Positions 13,601 through 28,600 of a DNA stretch of 64,000 bases are shown piece after piece. The stretch covers positions 310,001-374,000 of the forward strand of contig OZ237769.1 in the NCBI GenBank assembly GCA_965178125.1, in the 5' to 3' direction. The position numbers and the translations under genes were made by a program. The first letter of the stretch is position 1. Every line of letters starts with the position of its first letter. The stretch comes from Bilabrum cf. latius (taxonomy: Eukaryota). The notes below the pieces were generated by a model. The model had not been told where the DNA came from, ran no database searches, and saw only the letters and a list, made by a program, of their open reading frames with translations.

Positions 13601-16600
13601 ATGGCAACTGGTGCCGCATCCGTTGAACTGTCCAGGCTCCTTCGTAGGAGGCTAGCCTTGGTGCCTAGAAAGCTCGACACTACGGCACACGGGGACTCCA
13701 TTTTCTCAACACCGTTCGAGACGCGGAGTGGCAGGTCACCAGCTTCAAGTCCTCTGCTCGACCCAATATCACTACCTGCGTGGATATAGCGCGTCTACAG
13801 CGAATTAGCTAGTGAGTGTATGGTCTGCAATTGCCAGTGCACCCCCTGCTCGGCACCTAGTACGTGGGCTCTGCAACCACCGCCGGGGCTGCTTTAACAA
13901 CTTACGATTGAGTGTTGAGCCTCTTCGCGCCAACTGCTGAATTCTGCGCTTATTCTAGTTGCGCTGTTTGGCCGAGCCATAGTGCTGGGTCTCCCGATTC
14001 AGACCAAGTTTGTTGTGCAAACCGCTAGCAGCTGATGCCACGGTCCGCATTCCTTTTGTACCGCGCTTCTCCCGTCGATTTGCACCGCAGGTAATACCGA
14101 TATCAAGCAAGATGTCACTACCACTAGCTGGTGCTGTCAGCCCTGCTTCCCTTGGTTTCCGTTGGTGCTCGACGGGCCGGCTCGGCTAGCCGGCCCAACG
14201 CTCATCAAGCAGCTTGGCATGACCGTGTTCGTGTATTTGATTTTCTTGGGTTCGGAAGCTTTAGTTGTCAAGGACTATTTGGTGATCACGTCCAAAGCCC
14301 ATGACGAGCGCTGGCTCTGGAACGACGGCCTGAGGGAGCGCCAGCAGCGGGAGCATGCTCGCTTCAACGACACGGGAAGCGGGGGGCCGAGCCTGTGGGC
14401 ATTCAACCCCGACGAATCAATACCACCCGCTGACATCGTGACCATGCGACTGCTGAGGAACGTTCTCTCCATCGTGCTAGCAACGGTACTCCTGTTCATC
14501 ACCCTAGTTTCGGAGGGTTCACGGGCGGCCGTCGCGCGCAGCAGCGGCACTCTAGACGGGAATCGAACCCACGAGACGCTGCTTCGAGACGACACGATCT
14601 CGCTCCGGGTTCGCGCAGAACGTTCAGTGGCACTTCCGGCCGTGGGTCGAAAATCGGCGGCCAGGCGCATGCGGCAATGGGACAGGGTGGGGAGGCGAGC
14701 CGCGGGCTCGGGTGTGACGAGTGCGTGCTGCGCCGGGGGAACGGGTGTCCCCGCGCTCGCTCACAACTCCTCGTCCTCCATCGAGGGCGCGGACGGCGGC
14801 CAGGGAACCCCAGCGAAGGTTCCCTTGCGCAGGGCCTCCAGGTCCGTCCTCGGCGTCCCCTCCAACCGCGTGGTTCCATTGCAGGGGACGGGGCAGGGGC
14901 ATGAGCAGGAGCAGGGGCAGGGGCAGGGGCAGGGGCCGGGGCCGGGATCTCACTTCTCACATGGAAGAACCGATGACCTGGGCGCACCCCCGTCCCGGGC
15001 CGCACCTCTCACTGCGGGTTCCCCCACCCCGGGGGCATACCCCCACCGAGGGGGGGGTCGCAGGCCGAGTAGAAGCGTGCAGCAGCAGCAGGGGTCATTC
15101 GTGGCCGGGCCCTCGGGCAGCAGCGGCGTGTCTGGCATCACTGCTGAGGACGGGGCCCACAGCACTCGTCACATCCTCGGGCCGCGTTAGCCGTCCATGC
15201 GGGCCCGCGATACAGCTCAAGAGGCGTTCGCAGCCGAGATGATATACATGAGGGCAGGGGCCACCAGGCCGAGCGATTGCGTGCTCTGGCTGCTCTCGCC
15301 GCGCACGTGCTGCGGTGTGCGCAACGTGGCTGCGGTAACCTGGGCCAGCATGGGGTATCTCATGCTGGGCGTCCCCTTTGCCATCCACATCGACGCGGTG
15401 TACGGATATCCGGGGAAGGGGACCATGATGGTGGTGTTTCAGTACCCCTTAGTTGCCATCATGCTGGGGCCCCTCCTGCTGGAGCACTTCGGGATAGCGT
15501 ACGGGGCATCCTGCCTTGCGTACTTGCTGTGGTGCGTGGCGTTTGGGCTGATTCGGGGGATGGCTGGCGACATGCTCAGCATCGACGGCGGCAACCTCGT
15601 GTCGATTGCCAGTGCCATGGTCGGCGGCATCGTGCCGTACGTCCTGGTGGTGGCCGTGTACGTGTACGGCAAACAGAGAGATATGGTGCGAGTGAAAGGG
15701 CAGGTGCTGGACCAGATGGAGCAGGCGAGGAGAGTCATCGCCTACCACGAATCTGTCTCGAACGCAGCCAGGGCGCAGCTCCCAAGGTTTGCCCTGTCTC
15801 TGCTGAGCCACAAGCTGCAGGCAACAGAGATCGATGCCTGTCTCCTCGTGTTCAACGTATCGGCACAGGTCCTAGAGAGACCGCCAGGCGGCGGGGCTCG
15901 AAGCCTGAAGTAGCGCGCCGCCGCCGACAAAGAGGTCACGCGGAGCGGCAGCAGCACCGGGGTGAGTTAGGACTCCTAGTCCATGCAACCCACCGGTGGA
16001 GTGCCGAGCATGCAGCTGCAGCCAGGGTCCCAAGTAGGCGGCAGCGAGCAAGAGCAGAGTGGGGCACAGGAGGAGATGCAGGTCTTGGGACAAGCGGCCG
16101 ATGGATCCACCCCCGGCAGCATGGGTCCCACTGTTGGAAGTGGCTAGCCGGGCGGCAGGAAGATGCGGCAGATGGGCCCCGCCCTCCCAGCCCCATCCTC
16201 CTCCTCCTCCTCCGCATAGGCTCACCGTCGATCCGGGTCAGGACCCATACAGACCCTTGTCACGGGCAACGCAGAACCCGGCTCCAACCAGGAGCTGCCT
16301 GGGGGCACCGCACCCTCCACCGCCGGTCGAGATGTAAGCCTGGATGCTTCTGGCCTGGAGCTCAAGACCGCCAGGAACATTCAGATCAGCATGGCCAACA
16401 GCGGGCCGATCGGGCGCACCTCCATCGAAATCGGGGGGGTCCGCGGGAACGGTGACAACTCGCAAAAGTACCTCGTCCCGGGATCGAACCGGGGAGGCAC
16501 AGGCGTTCCCGAATAGAAGGCAGCTCGCGCTGCCGCGGCCGCAGAACGGCACGCCAAGGCGTCCGCGGCCAAGAAGGCCCGGAAACTCGGCCGATCCGCA

Positions 16601-19600
16601 GCTCGCGACATGGCTGCGGTGGCGGCAGTACACCGCGCCATGGCTTCACTGGACGGCATGATGCAGCAGTACGGCGTGCAGGTGACCAAGCTGTGCCAAG
16701 CTGGTGGCGACGTGGTGTACGCGGTGCATGGGCCCGAGGGGTGGCTGGCCAGCGATGCCAGAGGGGCGGTCCCTCGGGGCAGGTTTGACAGCGCAGATGC
16801 GCAGCAGAGAAGAAGGGGAAGGAGCAAAGGCAGGGGGCGGGGCGGAACTCGCGGTCGCAGCATGAGCCGGAGCCGGAGCACGAGGACGATGAGGCAGGGC
16901 AGCAGCAGGCACCACAGCCGTGCCCGGTCCGTCGATTCCGGCGTCCTGGGAACAACGCCGTCCTCTTCATAGCCGTCTTCCCGAGCGAAAGGACACTTTA
17001 GCGCGGGCCACGGGCAGGGGCACGGCGGTCGCCACGACCCATACGGCAACGACACGGCAAGCGACCTCCCCTCTGCCGCACCCGGCCGCACGCCCAGCGA
17101 CTCGATTCAGGGAAATGCCGGCCACGGGCCGCGAATGGGTGATGCGGAAGACTCCATCGGAGTGCGCCCAGCCACCACAAACTATCCGTTGAGACCTGGG
17201 CAGACCAAGCAGGTGGCGGACCGGGCCGATGTTGTCCTGGCAGCAGTCCGTATCGCCCGCGCCGTGTCTCAGGAGATCGAGATGCAGGAAAACTAGAAGG
17301 AGATGGACTGGCGGTCTGGTCTGCTCAGGGAGCGAGAGATCAAGGAGGCACTGATCCTGGGTCGCAAAGGGTATGCCGCCTTTGGTGCGACCCCAATGAC
17401 CAGCGGTTTGCTTGCGACGGGGTCGGCCGACCCCTCCGGCGGCGGCCATGACGCCACTGGGAGGCCGATTACCATCCTGGGCAGGCCAGTGCCAAGCAGC
17501 GCATATTCGAGCTCGCAGAGCAGCAGCAAGGGGCGAACGATCGGCAACTCGGTCGGTACCCGCTCGAGCCAGGGAGGCCGGGACAGCACCGTCGTGGAAC
17601 TGCCGGACGCAGCCTCCACGCCAACGATGTATACCTAGCATTAGCATCAGCATCAGCATCAGCATTAGCAGCAGCATCAGCATCAGCATTAGCAGCAGCA
17701 TCAGCATCAGCAGCAGCATCAGCAGCAGCATCAGCAGCAGCAGCAGGACGAGAAGGATCCCAATGTTGAGGTGCAGCTGGCCGGTGGAGGTAACACAAGC
17801 CACGGCAGGCCTCGCACTGAGGAGGACGACAGCAACCGCCAGCAGCGCGGCAGCCGCAGCGATGGAAACCGCAGGGGGGAGGAGGCCCGCATGTCTGTGC
17901 TGCACGCTGCAGTTGCCGGAGCCATGCACGACGACCCCAGGGAACTGCTTCGATTCGGAGCCGCAAAGCTTCCATTTGCGAGGGCCCGCGTGGGCTGCGG
18001 AATTGCATTGGGCTCGGCCAATGTCGCCGGCTTTGTGTCAAGCAGCGATTCCGCGCACCAGTGGAGCGTATTTGGGGACGCTGCGTCCGAAGCAGCCGCG
18101 CTTGCTGCGCAGCGGCCTGCCAGGGTGCGGATGACGAGTGCAGCCGCGAAGATTTTCGAGTCTTCGCGCGCGTGGAGCGCAGTGTTCATGCGGCAGGCGA
18201 TTGACTTCGACGCCGCCTCCAAAGCGCTCCCACCGGAAGAGAGGAACGGCACCAGGAACCGGTTCGTGCAGCAGCTGAGGGACGCAGCAGACGATATCAA
18301 ACAGGCGATCGAACGTGTCAAGGCAGAGTGCGACAAGGAGCCCATGCCGCCCAGCGCGTCTGCGGACGGCAGTACCGTGCTGTCCACCTACCAGCTGGTC
18401 TTTCCCAACGTGCCACAGCTGCTCAAGCGACGCGTGTCCTCGCGCCGGATAGACGGCGCACTCGTCACCAACAGCGCCACCCAGCCCGGTTCTGCCACGG
18501 CGAAGGTTCTCCTAGCCGGGATGATGGGCAGCTCGTCATACAGCGAGGGCGGGGAAGGCGGGGAATCGGTAATCACCGAGATACCAGACCTCAGGAGAGT
18601 GCCGTCCGATCCCAGAGCAGATGAGGCAGTGGCCATTGCAGCCGGCGCCGGTTCTAGAAGGGGTGCCCAGCAGCACCAGCAGCAGCCCAGGGGCCGTAAG
18701 CTCGATGTATGCAAACAGGGCAATAGCAGACCCTCCGACAGCACCTTCAACAGCAACACGAGGGCTCTTCTCCGGCCAGGCACCGACATCTCATCCGACG
18801 CTCTGGCACCAGGCACGAGCGCAGACTACCGCATCATGCGCGCCAAATCAAGGCGCCTGTCCCTGGCCCTGCACCACCTCCAGTCGGTGGGCCAGTTCGA
18901 CAGCACCGACTTGGACGACTTGAACCTGACAGAGGCAAGGCCGCGCGCAACCTCGGTGGCCAGCAGCTCAGCTGCCGGCAGGCGAGGCCACAGCCAGGGC
19001 AGCTCAATTCCGAAGAGCGGGGGAACAGGGACCGGCTCCGTTGCGGTTCCGAGTAGAAGTGGAGGCCGGCGCACAGGGGGCGTCAGATACAACGACGAAT
19101 TGGGCGCGGGTGGCCTGGCCATGGTGCCTGGCAGGGAGTACGCCAGGGAACAAGGAGGTGGTGTGGGCACCAGCATGTCCGCCAGCTAGCTTGCCTCCAG
19201 CAGCCAAGACGAGGAGGACGGGTGGGGAACAAGCCAGTCCATGGGCACTGGGGGGACGAGCGCGGGTCTCGACGGTTCCGACTTGACCAGCGCCGCGGCC
19301 GGCGTCTCTAGCCAGAGCGATGACTCGGAATCGTATTCCGGGTCCGAGTCCGAATCGGGGGCGCTGGGCGGCATCACGGCTGGGCTGCACATGCCGGCGT
19401 TCATACAGGGCATGGAAGAGGCCCTGCTGGCCACGGTTGGACGGAAGAACAAGAGACGCGCCAGGGCGGGCGGGAAGAAGAAGAAGAAGAGTGGGAAACG
19501 GAAAACAAAAGGCGGTGCCTCCCCGGGCAGAGGGGCAGGCCAACGCCGGCGAGTCCTGCCAGATGCCGCGGGTGCGCGCCACAGCGCCGACCCCGACGCG

Positions 19601-22600
19601 GCAGAAGACGGACCCTTATCGCAGCACGCAGAGCCGAGGATGTCAATGGAGATCATCTTCCGGGGCAGTGAGAGAGGCAGGACACAGTACTCGAGCGATG
19701 CAGGGACGGGGGGCAGCTCCTCCTCATCCCAGGCTGCAGGGACGGGTGCCGGAATGACGAGGCGGCAGAGGCACGCGAGCTCCCGAGCCGGCGCTGGTAC
19801 CTTCTTAAAGCCTTCCCCGCGGTCCGTCCCCCTTCCCCTTCCCCTTCCACCCACCCAGCGAGCGATGGTAGTGGTCGGCAGATCCAAATCGACCGGATAG
19901 CTCGGGAGCTCCGACGATCCGGCCCGGGCGGCAAGCAGCTCACGCGGCCAGACTCACTCGTCACACGGGCAGCATAGCTCTCCCCACGCCGAGGCAGGGC
20001 ATGAGCAGTATTCCGTGTACGAGGGCGAGGACGGGGCGCACGAGGGCAGGGAATCCAGCTACTTTCATTCTGCCGGCTCTCAAGAGTACGGTTCGGTGCC
20101 GGGCGATACGGGAGGCCACGGCACGCACCGCGATTCGCCCATCCCGGGCTGGTGCGTGCCCGTGTGCAACACCTGCGGGGATCCCGGGGACACGCTTAAC
20201 AACGTGCAGGAGCCAGGCGGGGTCGCAGAGGTGCTGCAGTCGCCCCTCGTCGTCATCCTGGTCAGCATGATCGTGCTGGTCAGCACGATCTGCACGCTCG
20301 CACGTGCCCTCCTGTCTGCGCCTCAGGTGTTGGAGATCCCTGCCGGCGAGGTGGCCGGGATCGTGCTGGTGGACAGCATACCGACCCTGGCCAGCGTGGT
20401 GTTCTGGCCCGTAGCAGCCTACTGCGTGTGGAAATGGTACACCCCGGTTGCATACCCATCACTGCTAGCCAACGAGGACGAGGGCGATGGCAGCGGGGCA
20501 GCCCGGCTGGGGAGCCCGCATGCGGCACCTTGGGACGGGCCTGGTGTACCCGCGTGGTGCGGCCTCTGCAGCCGTACCCCGCACGCTATGCGTCGCGACA
20601 TGGCCATCTTCAACTTGGTGGCTTATCTGTTCATTTTGGTGTCGCACGTGGTCGGCACCGGTCGCAACCTCGCGATCGACCCAAAGCTCGGTTGCCTGCT
20701 GCGGCAGACCCAGGAGGGGACTCCCGTCACCGCCATGGTTGGCTTCATGCTGTGCATCACGGCGCTGTCTGCATCTGACCTCATTCTGATGGACATGCCG
20801 CTGGACACCTGCCGGTCCGTGGCACTGATTATCACGTCCGTCGCGGTCGCGATGCTGGCGGCTCAGTTCAACCGGTCTGACCGGTTTGCGAGCGGCGTGG
20901 CGGGCAGCGACGACTGCCTTGAAGAGCTTAACCCCTTCATTCGATATAGGAGCAGCTTTGTCAGGATCTTTTACACGGTGCGACTCACGGTAGCCGTGCC
21001 GTTCATCCTGCTGATCCAGGGAACAAAGTACGTGTACCTCCGCCGCATGTCCCTGCGGATCCTCAACAAGCTGAGCAGCAGCGCGCAGGACGCCAAGAGG
21101 CAGGCAGACGCCCTTGATATGACCCTAAGAAGGATGGTGCCCTCCCCTCTGCTGCGGGTGCTTGACGCGCACGCGCTGCATTCGCTGGCGGAACACTAGG
21201 CGAGGAGGAGGGTGAAGTCCCTTCTGAGGCGCAGCGAGTACAGCCTGGTACACCGAGCGGGACAGTCTGGTCTGCTGGCAGACCGGGACGTGTCTTCCTA
21301 GACGAGCACCACGACGATGCCGTTCAGGTCGCTCAGCACGAGCGCGGGCGGAGAGGCCCCTCCGGGCCTGCCCTCGCCCAACCATCGGGGGAGAATGCAT
21401 TCCATGCAGTGGGATAGCGACAGCGCTGCGGGTCAAGGCGCGCGGCGGCAGGTGCCCGGGGGCGGGCATGCTGTACAGCCTTCGCTCCCCACCGCCGCCG
21501 GGGGGACACCCCGAATGCTGCTGGACCTGTCCAAGCTCGACTACAACCCGCTGGAGCGGGTGCTCCGGACCAAGGCACTGGGCCTTTTGCCCCCGGGAGG
21601 TGCCGTGCTGCGTGACCGCAGCTGCGTCGTACCCGTCCCAGGGGTGGCTATTCTCGTCATACGGCTGGAGACCGTGCAACGGCTCAACTCGGTCGCATCC
21701 CCCCTAGACCTGTTCCGAGTTATGAGGCTTCTCGGTCTGATCGTGGAACGCGCGTGCGTGCCCAGAGGTGGGCTTAGGGTCCGGGTGAAGCAGTACACAA
21801 TCACCACAGTGTTTGGATTGAACAAGGACGGCCACAGGGCGGGAGCCAAAGACGCTCTCTCGAGGACGCTGAGGGCGCTGAGGCGGCGGCGACGGAGGGA
21901 CAGCGGAACCGATGGCGCGGCGCCTCTGGGCGTGGACTCGGACCCACCGACGGGCAGCTCCTTTGGCAGCTTTCTCCTGGGTGGGCTGCAGGACGGCAGC
22001 AGCCGGTCGCGTGGCTCCCGCCGCCCCCGGGGGTCTGCGGGGACGAAAGGGGGTGTGGGAGGGAACGACTCCAGGGGTATCTCCAAGGAATCCATTCCGG
22101 GGGCTGGAACTGGCAACCGTTCGGGCAGCGGCAGCGGGGAGAGAACGAGTCCTGAGGGGGGCAGGAGCAGGGGCAGGGGCGGCCGGTTGGGCTCGCGGGA
22201 CAAGTCGAACGGGCCCTGGCAGCGCAACGCGACGCCATCGCGGGTGTTCCGCTCTAGCTCCGGCCCGGCCACCCTCCACGACATCGCAGAGCAGGAGGAA
22301 ACGAGGCCGGATGATTTTGGGTCCTTTATTTACACTGGGTCGGAGGCGGGCCGGGGCGCGGGGCGGGCGCCTGCGACGACTGGATTGGCCCGCGTCGACG
22401 ACGACGATTCGTCGGGTGTCGAGGGCGACCTCGCGGGTCGCAGACGGCATCGCGTGAGCCCGCCCATCGGGGGAACAAGAGCCAGTACGAGGACGAGGAA
22501 CGGATCTCCACCGGTAGATAGCGAGACCCGCACCAACACCGCTACTGCTACCGCCACTGCCGACGAGAGCGAAACTGGAGACGATGACTTTCCTCCTCAC

Positions 22601-25600
22601 CCCGATGATGCGTGGGGCCGTCGCCACCGGGCTAGAGGGAGAGGCGTCCCTGCAGCGCCAGAACCACCGGCAGACGCGGTCGGGTACGGGAGCAGCTCAC
22701 AGCACGACACGGGCCGGGGGAGCCGCACGGTCGAATTCGAGGCCGAGCCGGGCACCGCACCCAGCGGGTCACGATCACGATTGGGATCGGATCAGAAAGG
22801 ATGGGGTTAGCGTGGCGGGTACGCCCGGGTGCGGGCATTGGGCGGCGGCGGGAGCAGGCCTAGAAACAGGAGCGATCGAGGACGGAGTCATGCCGCTGCC
22901 GGGGCCATGTTTGCCCCACTGGCGCATCGACACGCGGTGGGCCTCCGTGCCTTGCGCGCACTCATGGCCGGGAGCGACACCCTCCGATCGTTGCAGCGGC
23001 TGTCGCGGGTGCTCGGCCTGCAGCTGAACGCTAGCGTCGCGGTGCACACCGGCACCGTGGTGCTTGGGCTATCAGGCAGCTCGGGCGCTTCCTGGGACGC
23101 CTTCGGGCACAACGTGGTTGTGGCCGAGGGTCTTAGCTACGTGGCTGGCCGGTCAGCGGGAGGGCAGAGCGTGGTGGCGCTGACCGACACCGCGGTGGAT
23201 CACCTGGATCCCCTACTCCCGGGCATCGCCACTCTGCTCCCCGACAGGCACGAGGTCGAGCAGAGTGATGAGGCCGACACGGGCGACGTGCCGGCCGGGT
23301 CGTTTGTTCTGCAACGATCCAGAGCTTCCTCCTCGGACAACTCTACGGGGGTACCCGTCCACACGAGTAGCACGGCCACCAGCAAGGTCAACTCGGCAAC
23401 CGGCGTTGTGCAGCGCACTGCGGTGCCTGGGCAAGGGAACAGCGGTGCAGCCGCAAACAACGGGAGCGGTACCAGCCCTCCTGCAAGCGTCGCGGGAGGC
23501 GCTAAGATGGACCATGACAGCGTAGAGCAAACCGCGCCTTCGCTTCCAAGCCGGAGCCCAAACCAGTCGAAGTTGCCCGCCGCCTAGCCGTCGAATGCCT
23601 CCAGCATCCACTCCATCCGAGGGGCACACAGCAACCCGAGCGCCAACCATTGCCCGCCAGGTGGTACCCTAGACAGCTCGAGAAGCAGCGCCAGCGGCGA
23701 AGATGATGCGGCGGGCGGGGACAAGGGCGGGGCCGCGTGCGGCATGTCGCAGCACTGGACGAAGGACTTCCACCGAGCGGTGCAGCGCACTGCGGTGATC
23801 GCCGCGACGGTGGCGTGCGGCCAGGATCCGCGCGGCTCCTGGCGCGGCCAGCAGATGAGCGGTGTGCTACTCGAGTACACTACCCGCAGGAGGGACCGGG
23901 AGGAGTCGCGGCAGCTCCGGCGCGAAGCCAGGAGGGCTCGTCTGGCGGAGACGCGGGCGGCCAAGATAAGGAGGAGGAAATCGCGGAGTGCCTCCCTGCT
24001 AGACCAGTCGGCCGTCACGAGTGGCTCGGCAGGAGCGGGTGCAGATGAACTCGCCACCAGCGTTGGAGACAAGGTGGATCCGACCCAGTACGACTCTTAG
24101 ACGGGCATCATGCTGGTGGATGACCTCGCCGAAGCGCAGAGGAAGCAGCCGTCCAATTCGCAGTACAAGAGCAGCGCCACGCTGACCGTCACCTCTTCGC
24201 GCAACCGGCCACCGGCGTCCTCCAGTTCATCTTCCTACAACAACCTCGAGCCTGCGGCGGCCTCAATGCAGGGGCTCATGGAACAGGCCATGGTGGCGGG
24301 CGGAAGCACCGCCTCCACCGCGGTGGTGCAGTCCACTGCAGCGCAAGACACGATCGAGATGGAGCGGGCCTCCATGTCATCGGACCTATGGGCCTCTCTG
24401 TGCCTGGCGAGGCTAAAACCGCTAAGGCTGCTGGGCAGCGGAGCCTTTGGCGACGTGTACGAGGCGTGCGACCTCCGGACTGGCGCACTGGTCGCGCTCA
24501 AGAAGCTAAAGCGGCAGACGGTGGTGCGAGAGGAGCTGCGCTCGGAGCTGTCTTCCCTTAGCCTCGTGCCGCAGTGTCCTGGGCTGCTGCAGATGGGCCT
24601 GTGCATCTCCTCCGAGGAAGGCATCAGCCTCATCACCGAGATCGTGGACGGGTCTTCGCTGTCAGATCTGACCGCGGGCGGCCGCTGCCTCACGGAACCC
24701 GCCTTGCAGCACTTCATGGCCGAGATGATCGCGTCCATCGAGGCCATGCACGAGGTGGGCGTGCTGCACCGCGACCTCAAGCCGGCCAACATCATGGTGA
24801 CCAGCGGGGACGGTCACGTCAAGATCATCGATTTCGGGCTGAGCGACCGCCTCGAGCCCTAGGCGCACCATCCGCGGGCGCAGCAGGCCCTGTTTGAAGA
24901 GGCCCAAGCAAGGGCCAAGGCGGACTAGGAGTTGGACAGGTTCCTGGAACTAGACGACGAGCGCGACCGTGCGGAGCAGGTAGCGGCCGGGTCGGAGCAG
25001 AGCAACAGCCAGCAGGTGATCGCGCTCGGGCGGGACCGTGAGGGAGACTCGGCCGCATCCTCCAGGCGCAGGAACGGCCCTGCCTACAGGAGCAACCGGC
25101 CCCGAGACTCTGGCGGCAGGGGCATCCTCGGCACCTCCAGTGGGAAGCTGTCCTCGCTGCAGCTGCCCTCGATGCGGTCTGGCAGAGCCGACGTGCAGCC
25201 CGTGTCCAGGGGCCTGGTGCGCCAGTTCAGGGTGCTCTCCCCCTGCCTGACATTGAAGGAAGCGGAGCGGATCCTGCAGAGGATGGCAAGGGCCCAGGCA
25301 CGTGCCCTCCAGGCGCAGGCCGCCAGAGAGAGCAGCGGGGCGAGCGGATGGTCTGTGGACAAGAGCCCGACCGCGGGCGGGACCGCGACCGGCGGCGGCA
25401 GCAGCAGCCGGCTGTTTGGTCGCCTCGGGGCCATCAGCGTGGGCTCTGAGGTGTTCCTCCCCCGGGCCTCGATGCTCGTGTTCGACACGACCCTTGAACG
25501 GCCAGAGGTGGTCCGCCAGCTGGAGCAAGAAGGCAGCCAGTGGCTAGTGAACGAGAGGGCGAAGCGGGAGCAGGAGCGGCGGGAAGAGGAGGAGGATCGT

Positions 25601-28600
25601 GAGAGACTGGCCTCTTTGGGGGCGGTGGCAGCCGCTGCGGCTGACGGCAAGGACGATGCTGAGGGCAGCGGACCCGACGATGCAGCAGCAGCAGCAGCAG
25701 CGGCAACAGCCGTTCTTGCCGCGCAGAATGGCCAACGCGGGCCGGTGGTGGCACCAGGCGCCACACTGCACGGCAACGCAATGCATCTACTCCCCTGCGG
25801 CACCGGCGAGCCCCCTAGCAAGCAAACGACGAAGAAGAAAAAGAAGAAAAGCAAGCGGCGGGCCAACCAGATCTCCCTCGATGAGCCCAGCGACATTGTC
25901 AGGGCCGCAGTGGCTCACCGGTACGCCGGCGTCCCAGGTGGCGCCGGCCCGTCCGGTGGCAGCCCAGGCGGAGCGCCGCCGCGATCCGTGCCTGTGGTGC
26001 GCCAGCGGGAGCTGAGCATGCTGCTGGGCGGCCTGGAGCCGCGGAGGCACGAGCTGGTGGACGTGTTCGAGGTAATCGACAAGGACATGCGGGCTGGGCC
26101 CGGGCTGGTGCGCAAGACGCTGGATCTCGAGTCAGCCATCCGGCACGACGCGCTCATGTTCGACGCCATCCTCGTCACGGACATCGAGTCGCCCAATGTG
26201 GCCCTCGCCCTCGCTCGCCGCATTCGTCACATCCTGCAGAGCGAGCAGCCCAAAGCGGCCGCGCAGCTCAAGGCCGCTGGCGGGGCGCTTTCATCCAAGG
26301 GCAGCAGCAGCAAGCGAACGGAAGGAGGGTCAACCGCCTCGCCCGCTGCCGGGTCAGCCTCGTCCTCCTCTTCCTCCGATGGCACCGCCATGAACAAGAC
26401 GAAGCAAGGGCGGGACGGCGGCGGAGAGCCGCGCGTCCTCCCCGCGGTGCACTCGGCGGCGGCCGCGCCGAGCGTGGCTGCGGGTTCCTTCAGCTCCTCC
26501 TCGTCCGGGGGAACAACTCGACCGGTTGCAACCGGGTCACCAGCCCGCGGGCGCATCACCACCGGCTTCGACAGGGCTCGTCTCCTCCGCAGCATGGGGC
26601 CGACGGCCCTGCTGCCCCGTGTCATCTTCGTGGGCGCCGAGAACGCTACCAATCAGCTGCTCCAAGACGTGAAGGAGGCGGTCGCGACCCAGCTGCAGGG
26701 GGCGGAGGTCCTAAATTACAGAGACTCGGTCGAAACGTTCGCCAGGACCATGCTCCTCCCCTCCTTTGCCCGAGCCATGAGGCAGTACCTCGTCCTGGAA
26801 AGCGCGGTGGCCGCGCGCCAGCGCACTCGTCACACCGAAAGGCAGCGGAGGCGCGCCTCTTTGGAGGTTTCCATGGAGGCGCGCCGTCAGCAGCGCAGCA
26901 GAAAGCAGGCGCGCAGGGCGGCGCGGCGGGTGCTGCAGGGAGGCCAGATCACCTACAGCCAGATGGAGCCTGCGGGTGCTCTGGACAGCCTCAACATATC
27001 GAGCGCAAACGTGTCCAGCGACGCGGCACTCGACGCGCTCTTCGACCCGAGCCAATCCCTCCGCGTGGGGGGTGTGCGAGCGGGGCAGGGTGCACCGCAC
27101 GGTGGTGCGGTGGTGCCGCAGCCAGCGGTCAGGGACCGCCTCATCGGGGGCGGCGCGCAGCAAGGCAATGCACCCGCAGGCATGGACGAGGCACTCAGGG
27201 GCAGCGGGATCCTTGCCGCCACGCAGAGCCCGAGGAGGTTGCAACCGCCAGCCGCGCCGGGGCCGGGGCAGGGGCAGGGCGGTGTCGTGGGCGCGCCGCC
27301 GCATCCCTCGTCCTCCCATTCGTCCTCCTTCCACCGCAGGCCAAGGCACCAGAACAGGCACAACAAGGCGAACCGCCCCCTGGACATTGGGGGCGTGATG
27401 CGGGCCACGAGTTCACCCGCCGTCCAGGGTGCATCGCACGGCAGTGCGATCCTAGCCGCGGGCCAGCCGCCGGGCATCGTCGATGCATCAGGGCGGGGGG
27501 CAGCCGGGGCCAGGGGAGTGCCCATCGCAGAGGCTGCCCGCCGGCTGGGCCTGGGCCAGCTCAAGGCAATCCAGCTGGCGGACACTGCCATGGTCACCGG
27601 CCTGCGGCAGCAGCACAAGCGGCGGCACGGCGGCGGACCGGGCGGCAACACCGGGTCTGGGTCTCCACCCCCCAACGTGGGGGCGGGGTCGGCCGAATCG
27701 TCGGCCCCCTCCAAGTGGAGCAGCGGGGAGGGGCGGGGGCCTAGCAAGCAGAGGGGGCGGGCCGCTGCAGCAACGGGGGGCAGAGGGGTGCCCCGCGACG
27801 AAGGCGTAGCGCGCGAGAAGGATGATGCGTACTACGGTACCGGCACGGGCGAGGGCAGCGCCGAGTCGATGCTCTCGGACGGCGGGCCCAACCACCCCAA
27901 CGGACCCCACGCGCAGACGACCCCGTACTGGGGTGAAGGCAGCGGTGAGGGGTTGGGCTCCCCCAGCAGCGCCGCCCGGGGAGGAGCAGGAGGAGGATCA
28001 TCGAGCCAGGGGTACTTTAGCTGGAAGCTGCGCCTGCGGTCCATGAGCCACTCCAGGCACGGCAACAGCTCGCGGTCACTCGACGAGGGCGCCCACGACG
28101 AGGGCGGCGAAGATGAAGAAGACGACGACGACGAGCCGAGCCGCGCGGGGAAAACCGCGCTCCTGTCGTATTCCGAGGCGGCCAGGCGCAGGTACGATCG
28201 AGAGGTGCGCAGGGACGCACGGCTGGACAGGTACTTTGCGTCATCCATTCTCGTGCGCAAGAGGGACGCGGCCAGGGGGCTGGCGGGCACGCCTGCCTAC
28301 ATCGCGCCTTGCGTCGCACGGGGGGAGGGGGCGTCGTACGCATCGGACTACTACGCGCTCGGGGTCATCTGCTTCAAGCTCCTGTGCGGGAAGCTGCCCT
28401 ACGCCGGCAAATCAAGCGCGGAGGTCTTGCGGCAGGTGAGCAAGGGGGAGATAGTGTGGGAGAGGCTGCCCCGGGACACCTCTCCTGCCCTTTTGGACCT
28501 GCTGCACGGCCTGCTGCTTCACGGCAGGCGGAAGCGATACGGCTCCAACGATGCGCCATGGCTGCACGAGCACCCGTTCTTCACGGGGGTGCGCTGGGGC

